DNA from: Octopus vulgaris
Lineage: Eukaryota
Reading direction: 5' to 3'
Assembly: GCA_951406725.2 (NCBI GenBank)
Contig: OX597822.1
Coordinates: 13,702,001-13,766,000, forward strand
Length of the DNA stretch: 64,000 nucleotides
In this document: piece by piece, positions 24,366 through 37,764 of the stretch
Layout of the letters: each line of letters starts with the position of its first letter
How positions within the stretch are numbered: the stretch's first letter is position 1
Position numbers and translations under genes: made by a program
Notes under the pieces: model-generated
The model's input: the letters and a program-made list of their open reading frames with translations, nothing else
Database searches by the model: none
Told to the model about the DNA's origin: nothing

Positions 24366-25457
24366 ATGCTTGTGTGTATTTGTATTTGTGTTCCTGAGAG
24401 TAAATGCGGTTTTTTTTTCTTATTTAACCCTTATCCATTAGCTTTTTTGCAGCAGACCTATAATCGAAGACGTTCTTGTCGTGACTATCCCATCGGTTTA
24501 TCGTGTATATTATGAATAACGTTGTTCAATGTATTCTTCTAAATTTAAAATTGCATTGGGAGTCTGAGGAAAGTTTAGCTGCTCTTTCTAGTAGATCGAG
24601 AGACTGAATAAAGTTTTTTTTCTCATTATTTGTTTGGGAGAAGGAGATTGTGTGTGTGTATATGTATGTGTGTGTGTGTGCGCGCGCGTGTGTGTGTGTG
24701 TGTATGTGTGTGTGTGCGTGTGTGTGTGTGTGTGCGTGTGTGTGCGTGGGGGATGTGTAGAATAAAGCGTATATATATCTGTGTATATGGTGTGAATTTT
24801 CATTGGAATGGTTACTTTGTGTGGAAAGACGTGTGTTTAGGGAAAGGAAAATGAGGAGGAAGAGAGAAAGAGAGAGAGTATGTATGTATTAAATGTGTGT
24901 GTGCGTGTGGAAAGAGTCACAGATGAAGTGAATGGAATGGTGAGAATTCCAGATGTCAAGTTGAAGCAAGGAACTGGCAAGTCTTTGGACGATAAACCTC
25001 GGTGATGCGATTTGGCGGTGGCAAGGTGATGGGGATGGAGTTAGTGGTGTATAGAGTGAGTGGCGGTGGCGGCGGCGGCGGTGATGGTGGTGGTGGTGGT
25101 GGTGGTTATGGTGTCAAAGCTGATTGCCGGTGGTGTCGGTCGTGGGACAGGGGGATGGGTGGGAGGAGTAGGAGGAGGAGAGAATATTGTGGTATTTGTG
25201 CTTGTCACTGGCTCTGGGGAAGGATGGCGGGGGGGCGGAAGAGTAACGTTGGTGGTTGTGTGGGTGGTAGAAGGAGTAGGATGACGTGACACGACAGAGG
25301 AGATGGGAGAGGAAGGGGGGCCTGTGGGGGGATGGAGATAGGTGGAGGGGGGTCCTTCTTGTTCGAGGTTAAGAGGTCATGAAGACAAGAGGGAGTTAAC
25401 TATCAATCAGACAAAAACGGGTCGCTGCTGTCATAATAGCCACACGTGTATTACCTA

Positions 25458-25663
25458 TAGTAGTAGTAGCAACAGCAGCAGTGGTAGTATTAGTAGTAGT
25501 AGTAGTAGTAGTAGTAGTAGAGGCGGTGGTGTTTGTAGTAGTAGCAACAGCAGCAGTAGTAGTAGTAGTGCAACAGCAGCAGTAGTAGTAGTAGTGCAAC
25601 AGCAGCAGTAGTAGTAGTAGTAGAGACAGTGGTGTTTGTAGTAATAGCAACAGCAACAGCAGC

Positions 25664-25700
<37 letters not shown>

Positions 25701-25822
25701 ATAGCAACAGCAGCAGCAGTAGTAGTAGTAGTAGTAGCAGTAGAGGTGGTGGTGTTTGTAGTAATAGTAGTAGTAGTAAAGACAGCAGCAGCAGCAGCAG
25801 CAGTAGTAGTAGAAGTAGTATA
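25458..25822. repeat. (TAG)n/(CAG)n compound microsatellite with internal duplication
   Basis: Directly visible; the unit GGTGTTTGTAGTA recurs three times. Confidence 0.9.
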
Positions 25823-26937
25823 AGTGTAGTATCAGCAGTAGTTGTAAACGTAGTAGTAAAGGTTGTAGTATTTCTGGTAGTTAATAGTAGTAGCTCTAGC
25901 TTGTGGTGGGGAGGGTGACAATTAATCCCCGTTGTTTAGCCCCAGGTCAGCAGTCCTGATGATGAATGTGATCAAAGATATTCGAGCAATGATCATCCGG
26001 ATTCTTTTTGTATCCTTTTCTCTTTGTTTTTTTTTTTGGTCTTGATATATATATATATATATATAATTATATATATATGTAACACTATATTATTCAATGA
26101 CTTTTTAATATCGTGGGGTCTTATTTGAGGAAATTTAGCTACTGTTTTTAGCCAGGCTGAGTGTATACAGAGCAGGGACAGGCAAGCTTTTTCAAGAAGT
26201 GAGTCGCATGAGATATGTATGGCTCAGGTCGCAATTTGTCCCTGACTGATATAGGTGCTTCCTCGATAGTGACTGGTATGGATGTATTTAGCAGTGTTCG
26301 AAGAGGTGGCCACTACAAGCAACGGGAGCCGACAGTGTGGTAGATATAATGGTCGCGATAATAAAGGCAGGCTTCTTCTTTAGTGCCAGAGCAGATCTGA
26401 TGTAACAGACCGATGAAACTAAGCGTTCCAACTGTGACCAACCTGTATTTTTCAGATAGGCATCTTTGTGATTCTGCTCAAAATTAGTCGCCGCCTTGAT
26501 CCTTAAGTACCCTTAATAGAACCTGCACTCTAGAAAGGTTTGAAGACCCCTTTCCGCCCGCCCCTCCACCACTCCCTTAGGCTGAGTAATGAGTCATGAT
26601 CACTGCCATGGCTGCGTGGTTTTGGGTTCAGTCCCACTGCTACGCAGCTCGGGCAAGTATCTTCTACAATGTCCCCCTACTCCCGGTTCGAATAAGGCCT
26701 TGTAAATTCATTTGGTTGCTAGAAGCTGTGTGGAAGCCCGTCGTGGGTGTGTGCGTCCTCCTCTGTGCTTGCGTTTCTCTCCACCGGAGCTTGACAACCG
26801 ATGTTCGTTTGTTTATGTTCCTGAAACATTAGTGGACCAGGACCAGACTCATAAGAATTAGCATAGATTTGTTCCCTTGAACCAATGATTCTCAGCCATC
26901 GGAACCTCATAGCCATTCGATGATTAAAAGGAAATGT

Positions 26938-27743
26938 GGATCTTTATGGTTATCGTCACTGTCTGCAGTTTTGTTCCAATTGTTTTCAAATTTGGTGTAT
27001 GGATTAGGTTTTGTATACTGATTATGAAAAGGAAATTCATTTTCCCTATAAATCCATAATCAAAAAGTTATTAGCCTATAAAATTTGCAAAATTTGGGTA
27101 TTTTAGCCCATTAGAAGCGAGTATTATACACATCACCGTGGCGAAAAACTCTGCTTCTACAGTAATCAAAGGTGCTGCGCTTGCGCACAAGGAGGAGAAG
27201 GAGATACGAGGAAGATAATCTTACTATAATAATACTCTTGTGTTTTTTCCGTCACAACATATGGATGAGAAAGGAAGGGGTGATGACAAACTGGAAGTGG
27301 GATCGTTTCAACTCTGAGTGAGCATATGTGTGTGCATGTAAAAGGGAGGTATGTGAATGTGTGTTCGTGTGTGTATGTGTGCGTGTGCAATGGAAGTGGG
27401 ATGGTGAACATTCAACGCCGAAAAGAAAAATCAAGCGGCGTTTCACTCCTGTGTGAGTATATGTGTGTGTATGTATGCGCGTGTGCAAGGGAAGTAGCAA
27501 TGTTTCACATGATGATACGCTCCCTCGCCCCGATGATGGAAGAGGCAACGAAAGCGCTGTTTTCTGATTGGCTGAAAATTCTGAAAAAGATCAAACTTTG
27601 AACATCTGTAACATTTTCGCAATTTTTTTTCTGGAATAAATGAATACCAAATTCAGATTCAGCGTCAAAACTTACATCAGTATGATACGTTAAAACAATT
27701 ATTTAAGGATAATTGTAAACAGTGACAAAACCCACAAAGATCC
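26938..27743. mobile_element. MITE with ~29-bp TIRs beginning GGATCTTT
   Basis: Left GGATCTTTATGGTTATCGTCACTGTCTGC versus reverse complement of right GGATCTTTGTGGGTTTTGTCACTGTTTAC. Flanks AAATGT / AAACGT may be a 6-bp TSD. Confidence 0.7.
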
Positions 27744-28464
27744 AAACGTTTCCATTATATTTTAGCGTTAAATATTATTAGGAATTATATGAAATTTTTA
27801 AAATATTGTATTCTAGAAGTATAAACAATTTATTGCTCAGAAACTTTCACAAAACATTATATGAACCTCAAAGAGCTATTTGGATCCCAGGTGAAAACCA
27901 CTACATTAAACCCTTGAAGGAGGTGCCCAAGCATGGCCGCAATCCAATGACTGGAACAAGTAAAAGACAAAACACGAAAACATATGAAAGTTTACTATTT
28001 ATGATTTTTAATGGTGTGACTTGAGTGAGATTTGACTGCTAATTCTAGCCGGTCAACGATCGTGTATAAGTTCCTTTTCTGGCTCTTATATTAGTTACAT
28101 ACTTGGCGGAAATTCAATTACGTAGACATTGTATAAAGGGAAAGATTTATGGTTTCAAATATTGCAAGACTCGCCAAAGTTTTCTCATCACGTTTCGCGA
28201 TAATCTCTCGAGAAATGGGCAATTCTGTCTATAGAGTCACAAATCACCAATTATATAAACATACAATCTTGGACATATACTTATTGATTCTATCATCACT
28301 CCTTCGGCACGTACGCTAAAGATTATACATTGCTGATGAGGTCATAATAAAGCCGAAATATATCTTGTTCATTTAAAGAAAATACGAATCTTGGGGATTA
28401 GATTTAATGGATTATACTTTGACTTAAATACTTCACTGGTATTTATTTAACAATTCGCTGGAAA

Positions 28465-28850
28465 GGCTTTGTAAGAAGCTTGCTTCTCAACCACATGATA
28501 CCAAGTTCATTCTTACTGCGTGGCACGTTGAGCAGTCTCCTTCTGCTATAGTCATGAGCTGAACAAAACCTTGAGTGGATTTGGTGGACGGAAACTGAAA
28601 GAAGCGCGTCGTATACATACGGGTGCGTGCGTATGTGTATGTGTGCCTTTGTAATTGTGCTCGTCCTTCCTCCTTTGACAGCCGGTGCTGGTTTGTTTAC
28701 GCTGTTAGTTTGTTTATGTTCAGAACAAAAGAGACGGACAGACTTAGTACCAGGTTAAAAAAATAAATACTACGATCGGTTCATTCTACCAAGAAATTCT
28801 TCAAGACGGTACAACAGCATGACCGCAGCCTGATGACCAAAGCAACTAAA
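28465..28850 (+). mobile_element. Diverged CORE-type SINE copy
   Basis: Head and tail motifs (GAGTGGATTTGGTGGACGGAAACTGAAAGAAG; CAGCATGACCGCAG). Confidence 0.7.
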
Positions 28851-29036
28851 AGGTCAGATTACTTCAGGCAGTATTTGAACTCGAAGCGTAAATAGACGCC
28901 GAGGACCGTAACTGTGAACGCCAAGGCACTTTGTCCGCCATTATTATCAATTCAGCTAAGAAATTATAGTGTTTGTTTTTCAACGCATATTTATTTCTAA
29001 CGTTTTTGACCAAGTGGCATAAATATGCTAACGATA

Positions 29037-29122
<86 letters not shown>

Positions 29123-29271
29123 AATACACAGATAACTCCTTAGACGGTTTTTATAACCTCTAGTTAATCTTACCTGTACATACATAGATAAATATATTAA
29201 TCAATGAAATTCCAACCTAATCTGATTTTCACGTTTTATTATTTACAATTTTACAATATTATAATAATTCA

Positions 29272-29357
29272 GTTCTATATTTAAGAGAAGAAGGATAAGA
29301 AAATATTAGATTTATAAGCCCTAAAATCCATTTTCCGAGTTCGATTCCAGGCAGTGA

Positions 29358-29429
<72 letters not shown>

Positions 29430-29562
29430 CAACAACATACATAAGATATCCAGGTTCGAAATTTTCCTAAAACACCTGATGAAGGCTGGAAGGTATATCA
29501 GCCGAAACGTTGTGTTAACAACAAACAAGATGAGGACAAATATCCGTGAAATGTAAATAATG
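29272..29562 (+). mobile_element. Hammerhead-bearing PLE-like short element with inverted 5' segment and TSD
   Basis: Flanked by the direct repeat TATTATAATAATTCA (29257-29271 / 29563-29577). It starts with the inverted family end (CAGTTCTATATTTAAGAGA) and has internal (AAT)n. Same family as 44320-44654. Confidence 0.7.
29471..29516 (+). ncRNA. Minimal type I hammerhead motif (GUU site, loopless helix III)
   Basis: AACAC-CTGATGA-A-GGCTG GAAGGTATAT CAGCC-GAAA-CG-TT-GTGTT. Confidence 0.75.
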
Positions 29563-29589
29563 TATTATAATAATTCATTCAACTGGAAG

Positions 29590-29773
29590 CGCAGGGGAAG
29601 GGATTAAGTCGATTACATCGACTCTAGTCCTTATCTGGTATTTATTTAATCGACCCCCGAAAGGATGAAAAGCAAAGTCGACCTCGGCGGAATTTTAACT
29701 CAGAACCTAGCAACAGACGAAATACCGCTAAGCGTTTCGCCCGGCAAGCTAACGAATCTGCCAGCTCGCCGCC
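29590..29773 (-). mobile_element. tRNA-derived SINE with Meta-like domain
   Basis: Reverse complement of GGCGGCGAGCTGGCAGA...GAGTTAAAATTCCGCCGAGGTCGACTTTGCTTTTCATCCTTTCGGGGGTCGATTAAATAAATACCAG. Confidence 0.8.
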
Positions 29774-29864
29774 TTACAATATTATAATAATATTATTATT
29801 ATATTATCTTTATTTATTGTGATAAAACTAGTACTTTCATGCGATACGCAATCATCAGGTTTAT

Positions 29865-29917
<53 letters not shown>

Positions 29918-29999
29918 TTTATTATTATTATTATTATCATTATTATTATTATTATTATTATTATTACATATATGCATAACATTAATAACCAAAAGTTGG

Positions 30000-30360
30000 A
30001 ACTTGATAGAAATGTAGTTTGAATTCTTGCGATATTTTCGCTTTGAAATATCCTAGAAAACTCCTCTAAAGTTATGACAAAATTGCGGCAGGCATCAATG
30101 CATATCGTTAATGATAGTATTCAAGGATCGATATTTGATCCTTACCTCTTCATAATTAGTATGGATTATGTAATGCGTATATCATTGCAAGAAGATCGAT
30201 AAGCATGTCAGGAGAAGGTTTATCCGATTGATTTATGGTTGTAAGTCTTCCTATATCAGATTTTGCTGAGAACCTTGCAATTTTAAGTTGTAAGACCTTT
30301 GTAGCACAAAGATGACTCACAGATTCTGAAACTAGAAAACTTGCTCTGAAAAATCAATTA
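30000..30360 (+). pseudogene. Decayed reverse-transcriptase fragment of an RTE-like LINE
   Basis: From 30122 the frame reads QGSIFDPYLFIISMDYVMRISLQED (RT motif QGxxLxPxLF), followed by SDFAENLAIL resembling the (Y/F)ADD motif. Confidence 0.7.
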
Positions 30361-31067
30361 AAACTAGTGATCGTACGCGTGTGATTTGAACCCCGTGGTT
30401 CGGCAAAAGTGGCCGACAGAATAGATAGTAGGCGTAAAAGAATAAGTCCTGAGATTGCCTCATTTGACTCAAATTCTTCAAGGCGGTACCCCAGCATAAC
30501 TGCAGTCTAATGACTGAAACAAGTAAAGATAAAAGCTAGTTGTTAGAACGTCGGATCGAATACCACTTGGTACTTGTTCTGACAATTATTGCGGTGAGTT
30601 CAAACCCTGCCGAGGCCAACATTTTCCCTTGTTTTTTTTTTTTCTGCAGTCGATCAAAAATGTATGGCAATGGATTGGCGGAATTGTAAGAACATTGGAT
30701 CAAGTACCTTGTGATATTTTGCTTCGGCTGTTTGCGTGCTGTGTTCAAATCCTTCATGGGAAACTTAATTTCTCGCCTTGTTTATTACGCTTACGTGTCA
30801 AAGTGGGTGCCTTCGCTGAGGTCTACGTTGTCACAAATATTTCAGGCCAATTGCCTGATTTGAAGCCTTCACAAGTCCCAGATTCTCTGTAAAGGCTCAT
30901 GGGCACAACCTCCCTCCCCCTGAGATGCTGCTCGTCCGAGAAATGAGCCCCATGAGGTGGGTTAGCTGCTGCAGTGAGTGTTGCTGGTCATTGTCTGCGG
31001 CAACACCTTTGCAATTATGACTGCGTGGCGCGGCTAAACACGCTATTTTGTTTATGGTGTACAATCC

Positions 31068-31115
<48 letters not shown>

Positions 31116-32542
31116 ACCATCTTCTGCCGCTTAACCTCCTCACCATTTTTTCTTTTATTTTGTTTCCTTGATGAGTTAGTTATGAGTCTTTCTGCGATAA
31201 TTTGGTCTTTTATACTTTTAATTGTTTTCTTTTCTTGTAAAAAATTGTTGCTAAAAGTTTGTGATTTGAAAAACTAAAGGTTATATGTGCACATGCATAT
31301 ACATACACACACACAAACACACACATATATACATGTATGTATGTATGTATGTATGTATGTATGTATGTATGTATGTATGTATGTATGTATGACTGTATGA
31401 GTTATATACATATGTGAAAATTCAAAATGGAACATGGAAGCAATGAACAGAGAAAGAACGAAAGACCAGTTAACATAAAAATACGAACTACCTCTCATTA
31501 GCAATGGGAACCCAGACCACTAGAGTAGTTTCAGCGCGTTTAAAATTCCTAGACTTTTAATTCCATGGCGTTGCTTGTCTGGATTGCGCCGGTGATAGAG
31601 TGAATATCACTGAGATGATAGACTAAACGCGAAGAATATATCATACACTCGTACGTATAAACATACAAACACGCACAGACATTAATCACAAATTGCAACA
31701 ATTGTTTCTGTGTATTGGTAATAGCACTTAGTTGCTGGGCTTTCCATATGCTATTATATGAAATATCATATAAGTGAACATGATCCAGCTGTGCGTGTAC
31801 CAGCAAGTCATCAGGTTAGTAGCTTTGAGAGCATTCAAAATTCGCAACTAACAGCTGTTATTACTGTACTGAAATAATTGTTGTGATTTATGATTAAAAC
31901 CTATTCATTCTATCTTCTTGTCATATAAATCTTTATATGAATTCTGCATACACCAACGGATTTCCGTGTGCATATTCAGTAAAAGGAGTAATCTTGCTGT
32001 ATAATGGCATATGGTAACTTTTGGGGAGCTTTGAAATGCATATTATGAGGTTATTACCCAGATAAAACACCCCACACACACACACATACACGAATACATT
32101 GTCAGACGCTCAACTTCCTATGTCACACACATGTTTTGGATATACTATGACAAAGAGTAGAAATGCTTTCAGATGAAAACTTGAGTTAACAGGTGTAGCG
32201 ACACACACTCTTTGCCAATTCTTATAATGTTCAGCCAGTGATAGAATTAAAATGTTACTTTTCGAAGTTTAAATTGAAATAGTTCTGTTCAATAGCAGCG
32301 GAGTCTGGACAATAACACCGATGCTATTAACACGGACAGATGCCGGACATTCCTGTCTCTGGTATTTACATTTGATGTTTATTTCCAGAATAAAATACCA
32401 AACGGCTGAATGTAAGCGAGCAGACATGCTCATGTAATAACAGTTTTACATGAAAAAAAGATTCATTTTAATTGGACCAGCTTTTAGAAAACCAAATACA
32501 CCACAAATCACGCAACTGTAATCAGAAACAAAACGCAATAAC

Positions 32543-32909
32543 AGTCGTTCTCAACCATTCTTTTTCACCTTTGCATATCGCAGATTCCTATTACACCTGA
32601 GTGGACCATCACAGCAGTTCGATGTTTTTAAAATCCTTCTATATTCTTATGATTAAATATTATAAAGAATTGTATTTAAAAAAAAAGAAAAACTGTTAAA
32701 ATATTTTAGGCATTGTGGAAGTATAACCTATTTATTGAACATGATAGGCGCAGCAGTGGCTATCTGGTAAGAAACTTGCTTCCCAACGACATGATTCCGG
32801 GTTCAGTCCCACTGTGTGACACCTTGCGCAAGTGTCTTCTACCATAGCTTCGGGCCGACCAAAGCCTTGTGAATGGATTTGGTAGGCGGAAACTGAAAGA
32901 CGCCCGTCG

Positions 32910-32987
<78 letters not shown>

Positions 32988-33430
32988 CGTATATATATGC
33001 ATAAGTATATATATGTATACGTATACATATGTATATATTCACTCTTTTTTTTCACTCTTTTACTTGTTTCAGTCATTTGACTGTGGCCATGCTGGAGCAG
33101 CGCCTTTAGTCGAGCAAATCGACCCCGGGACTTATTCTTTGTAAGCCTAGTACTTATTCTATCGGTCTCTTTTGCCGAACCGCTAAGTTGCGGGGACGTA
33201 AACACTCCAGCATCGGTTGTCAAGCGATGTTGGGAGGACAAATACTGACACAGAAACATATATACACACATGCATATATATATACATATATACGACGGGC
33301 TTCTTTCAGTTTCCGTCTACTAAATCCACTCACAAGGCTTTGGTTTGCCCGAGACTATAGTAGAAGACACTTTCCCACGTTGCCATGCAGTGGGACTGAA
33401 CCCGGAACCATATATGTATATGTATATATG

Positions 33431-33511
<81 letters not shown>

Positions 33512-33792
33512 TATGTGTGTGTGTGTGTCCCTGTTTGTTCCCCCATCACCACTTGACAACCGGCATTGGTGTGTTTACATCCCCGTAATTTAGCGGCTCG
33601 GCAAAAGAGCCCGATAGAATAAGTACCAGGCTTAAAAATAAGTCCTGGGGTTAATTCATCCGACAAAAAATTCAAGGCGGTGCCCCAGCATGACTGAAAC
33701 AGATAAAAGATAAAATAAAAGATAGGTTTTAACAACAAAATCTTATATGGATCCCCGCCCCCAAGGGGCCATACTTGGTTGGAGAACCGCCG
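32543..33792. mobile_element. hAT-like MITE remnant hosting nested SINEs
   Basis: Left CAGTCGTTCTCAACC, right GGTTGGAGAACCGCCG. Confidence 0.45.
32747..33720 (+). mobile_element. CORE-type SINE with an antisense copy nested in its internal microsatellite
   Basis: Head 32747-32910 and tail 33525-33720 are on the + strand; the minus copy spans about 33050-33410. Confidence 0.8.
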
Positions 33793-33879
33793 CTTTCAAG
33801 GTTTTATCATATGGCGGGAGAAGTGAGTTCCCTCCAAAGCATCGCTGGTGTAAACATTAATTCGGCAGAGTGCGTGGTT

Positions 33880-34100
33880 CGGAGATCAGGGTGTCGGGGC
33901 ACGGTGTCTCTTTATAACGAGAGGTCACCAACTACGATATGACGATATGACATCGCCTGAGGAAAGTATCGCTAGGGAGATTTTACGTGCTTGGTCAGCT
34001 GACAGCACGCTTAGGGGCTGACCACGAGCGAGATGTTTGGATATTATATTGGTCAGGCTTGGGGATCCTGTCGGAATATTAGCTCGTTACTTCGTTGTTA
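33880..34100 (+). mobile_element. Possible decayed RTE-clade LINE 3' region
   Basis: AGGGGCTGACCACGAGCGAGATG...TGGTCAGGCTTGGGGATCC resembles the RGRPR.RW...W..LGI C-terminal motif of RTE ORFs, read across frameshifts. Confidence 0.35.
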
Positions 34101-34434
34101 CTGATTAGAATTTTTAGGGCGTGTTTCAAAACGCATTTTCTACGACCTCCACAGAAATAAGAACGTAGATGGATGGATACATATAGATGGTTCGGCAAAA
34201 GAGACTGATATAATAAGTACGATATTTGCAAAAACATAAGCGCTTCGGTTGATTTATTCAACTAAAGCCTTGAGGGCGGTGTCCCAGCATGGCCGCAGTT
34301 CAATGATTAAAACAAGTAAAAAGATAAGTCAGTGAGGGTCTAGTCAAGTGCAGTGTTACGTTTAGTGATATTCCGGCCTTTCTTGAAGATTAGAGGTCAA
34401 TGAATAATGTAGATTGGCCAGGCTGGAGCGTACA

Positions 34435-34658
34435 TGTCAGTATCGGTTGCCAAGCGGTGGTGGGGGGAAACAAACACACACACATATGTATATATTCGAC
34501 GGGCTTCTTTCAGTTTCTGCCTACCAAATCCACTAAAGGCTTTGGTTGGCTCGAGGCTATAGTAGAAGACACTTGCTCAAGGTGCCACGCAGTGGGACTG
34601 AACCCGGAAAGAGGGGGTTGGTAAGCAAGCTACTTACTACACTGCCACTCCTGTGCCT
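34435..34658 (-). mobile_element. CORE-type SINE, 5' part
   Basis: Reverse complement of head GGCACAGGAGTGGCAGTGTAGTAAGTAGCTTG...GGTTCAGTCCCACTGCGTGGCACCTTGAGCAAG. Confidence 0.8.
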
Positions 34659-34659
34659 A

Positions 34660-34835
34660 GAAAAAAATAACCAGCAAGAACCGAGTGAGAAAGATCTTTC
34701 TTTAGAGATACCTATGAAATAGCAAGGACTCAAGTGAAGCAAAGCAGAGTGAAAAAAACAGCCCAGAGACGAGAAGAGCGAATGAATGTCGCGGAGGGGC
34801 CGATGTGCCATAGGAAGTGAAACGCTTAAATAAGT
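34660..34835 (+). mobile_element. Decayed RTE-like LINE 3' end
   Basis: Translates, with stops, to ...RSFFRDTYEIARTQ / GLK*SKAE / ARDEKSE..SRRGRCAIGSETLK*, like RTE C-termini (GL.W..A...A.DR..W......C). Confidence 0.45.
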
Positions 34836-35295
34836 CCAACTGACGCTGAGAGCCAAGTGAACTAAAACATCGAAGCGCATGCTGAAGGAAAAACTACGTC
34901 CATACGACGGTTTGATCCGTCGCCCCAATAACAAACCCAACAATGTGAAACACTGGGCCACAACACCTCAACTAAGCGTAGTCTGATCTATAATATTTTT
35001 ATAGGTCACAAACAAATTTTTCCGATAGCATCTCTGTAGTGTTGTAAGATTTCTTTAATTGTCGATATTTCTGTGTAAATGTCAAGTGATTATGTTGTGT
35101 ATTATTTATGGTGGGAAAGAACGGTGTCTTTACATATTTATATGCAATGACAGCCGAGTTGGGAGAAGAGGTTGGATGGGAGGGAGAGGAAGAATATCAA
35201 TCCACGAAATGGAAGATCAGATTCGACAGGAGGGTTTCATAGGAAACAATGTGTGTGTGTATATATATATATATAGATAGAGATAGATAGATAGA

Positions 35296-35328
<33 letters not shown>

Positions 35329-35334
35329 AGGTAA

Positions 35335-35484
35335 GGGTTTTGTAAGAAGCTTGTTTCCCAACCACATGGTTCCGGTTTCAGTCCCACTGCGTAGCACCCT
35401 AGGCAAGTGTTTTCTACTATAATCTCGAGTCGAAGAAAGACTTGAGTGGATTTGGTAGACAGAAACTGAAAGAAACGTGCCGCA

Positions 35485-35523
<39 letters not shown>

Positions 35524-35720
35524 ATGTTTTGTTACCGGTGCTTGTGTGTTTGGTTACATCTTCGTAACCAAACGGTGGTTTAGCAAATGAAACCGATAGA
35601 ATAAGTACTAGGCTTTAAACACATAAGTACTGAGGTCAGTTCATTCAGTTAAAAATTCTTGAGAACGGTGCTCCAGCATGACCACAACCTAATGACTTAA
35701 ACAAGTAAAAGACAAAAAAG
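35335..35720 (+). mobile_element. CORE-type SINE
   Basis: B box GGTTTCAGTCCC, internal (TG)n and the standard tail. Confidence 0.8.
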
Positions 35721-36359
35721 ATATGTTGATTCTTATATACGCGCAATAGGCGAGGGAATATCGACCCTAGGAACTTTTTGTTATCCACTCTAGAAATAGC
35801 AGAGCTAAATCTTACTTCGGCGGAACCTCAGACTCAGAAAATAACGGACCTTCACAAAAACCACATGGTATTGTTTTACTCGCTGGGTCTGGAGTAATGA
35901 ACCGTTCCATGGTCTTTGCAGTGTTTCTCTTCAACACCTGCAAGAAAAACATAAGTGAAGGGGGTATTTCAGCAGAATGAGGTTGCGAGGATAAAGGCCA
36001 GTGAATAGTGGTTAGTGCTAGGCCTTGCGGTATGGACACAAGGTTGATGAGAGAAAAGAAGGTGAGTAGACTAGAAGTGGATTAGAAATGCCAGAGTGGA
36101 GATGTTTGTCCCCCACTACCGTTTGGCAACCGGTGCTTGTGAGTTTACATCTCCATAACCAGACGCGGTGGTTTAGCAAACGAGACCGATAGAATAAGTA
36201 GTAGGCTTTATACAAATAAGTACTGACCAATTCCAAAGCACAGAGGCCATTTTCGTTGCATTAGAAAAGACAAAGAGAGGAGAAAACGTGACTGTGGACA
36301 GTGTCTGAGGGAATGCTTTATACTGAACAGCCTGTTGAGGCTTTCGTAGATATGTTCTT

Positions 36360-36660
36360 AATGGTTAGGTTATTCGGTTCGCGATCGTAAGGTCGTGAGT
36401 TCGATACCAGCTAGCACGCTGTATTCTTGAGCATGACACTTTAATTCACGTTAATCCTGTTCACTCAGCTGACGAGAATGGGTACTGCTTGTATTTCAGA
36501 GGGTAAGCCTTGTCACATTCCGTTTTGCGCTGAATTTCTGAGAACTATGTTAAGATTACGCCTGTCGGTGAAGTGCTCAGCCGCTTGCGCATTAATTTCA
36601 CGAGCAGAATGTTCTGTTGACCGGATTAACTGGAACACTCGCTGTCATAACCGACAACGA
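36360..36660 (+). mobile_element. Third tRNA-derived SINE family (V-domain-like central part)
   Basis: TGGTTAGG A box, GAGTTCGATACC B box, then CTTGAGCATGACACTTTA...TTCACTCAGCTG..AATGGGTAC. Confidence 0.6.
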
Positions 36661-36891
36661 CCAACGGTTTTAAGAGAGAGGTGTATAGCATTTCGGTTAC
36701 GATGGTGAATACTTGGAGAATGGTAGCGACGAATGACAATCGGTATTATGTGTGAAAGAGATGGTCTTATGTAAATCCTTAATGTACAGGGTATAAAAAA
36801 AAGAAGAAAAAGAGCAGGGTGGAAGAAAAAACGTCCTATTAAGGAGGTACACTAGATCTTTTAGAATCAGGGTGGGAAAGAATTCTGTCGA

Positions 36892-37325
36892 CAGGCGTGG
36901 CTGAGTGGTAAGAAGCCTTCTTCCTAACCACATGGTTCCGGGTTCAGTCCCACTGAGTGGCACTTTCGGCAAGTATCTTTTATTTTAGCCTCGGGCTGGC
37001 CAAAGCCTTGTGAGTGGATTTGGTGGATAGAAACTGAAAGAAACCTGTCTTGTATATATATATATGTGTGTGTGTGTGTGTTTGTATATTTATGTCTGTG
37101 TGTGTGTGCGTTTGTGTCTGTGTTTGTCCTCCACCATCGCTTGACAGTCGATGTTGGTGTGTTTATGTACACGAAACCTAGCGGTTCGGCAGACGAGACC
37201 GATAGAATAAGAACTAGGCTTACAAAGAATAAGTCCTGGGATCGATTCCTTCGATTAAAGCCGGTGCTCCAGCATGACCGCAGTCAGATGACTGAAACGT
37301 GTAAAAGAGTAAAGGAGTAAAAGAG
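36892..37325 (+). mobile_element. Full-length CORE-type SINE
   Basis: Head CAGGCGTGGCTGAGTGGTAAG through tail GACTGAAACGTGTAAAAGAG. Confidence 0.85.
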
Positions 37326-37573
37326 ATAAAAAAAAAAGTTACGGGTCATTGCGGAAGTTTCCGTAAATGTTTCACTTGCCATTCACGGTCGAATGCTTTA
37401 TTGGTGACGAATGGGATAAAATTGCTTTCACAAAATTTCTTCGAGGCAAACAAGCCCACTGATCTGTGACGGGGGTGGGGCTCAACCGCGCATCTGGCTT
37501 TGCGGGAACCCTATCCAGTTTGTGACTCATTAAAGGTGAGAAAAAGAATTACACGCTCGTACGCGCACACACA

Positions 37574-37764
<191 letters not shown>

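Noticed and set aside
28333-28364. CTGATGA-GGT...GCC-GAAA-TATATC hammerhead-like motif
   Set aside because: The core and helices II/III are plausible but helix I does not pair; at best a decayed copy.
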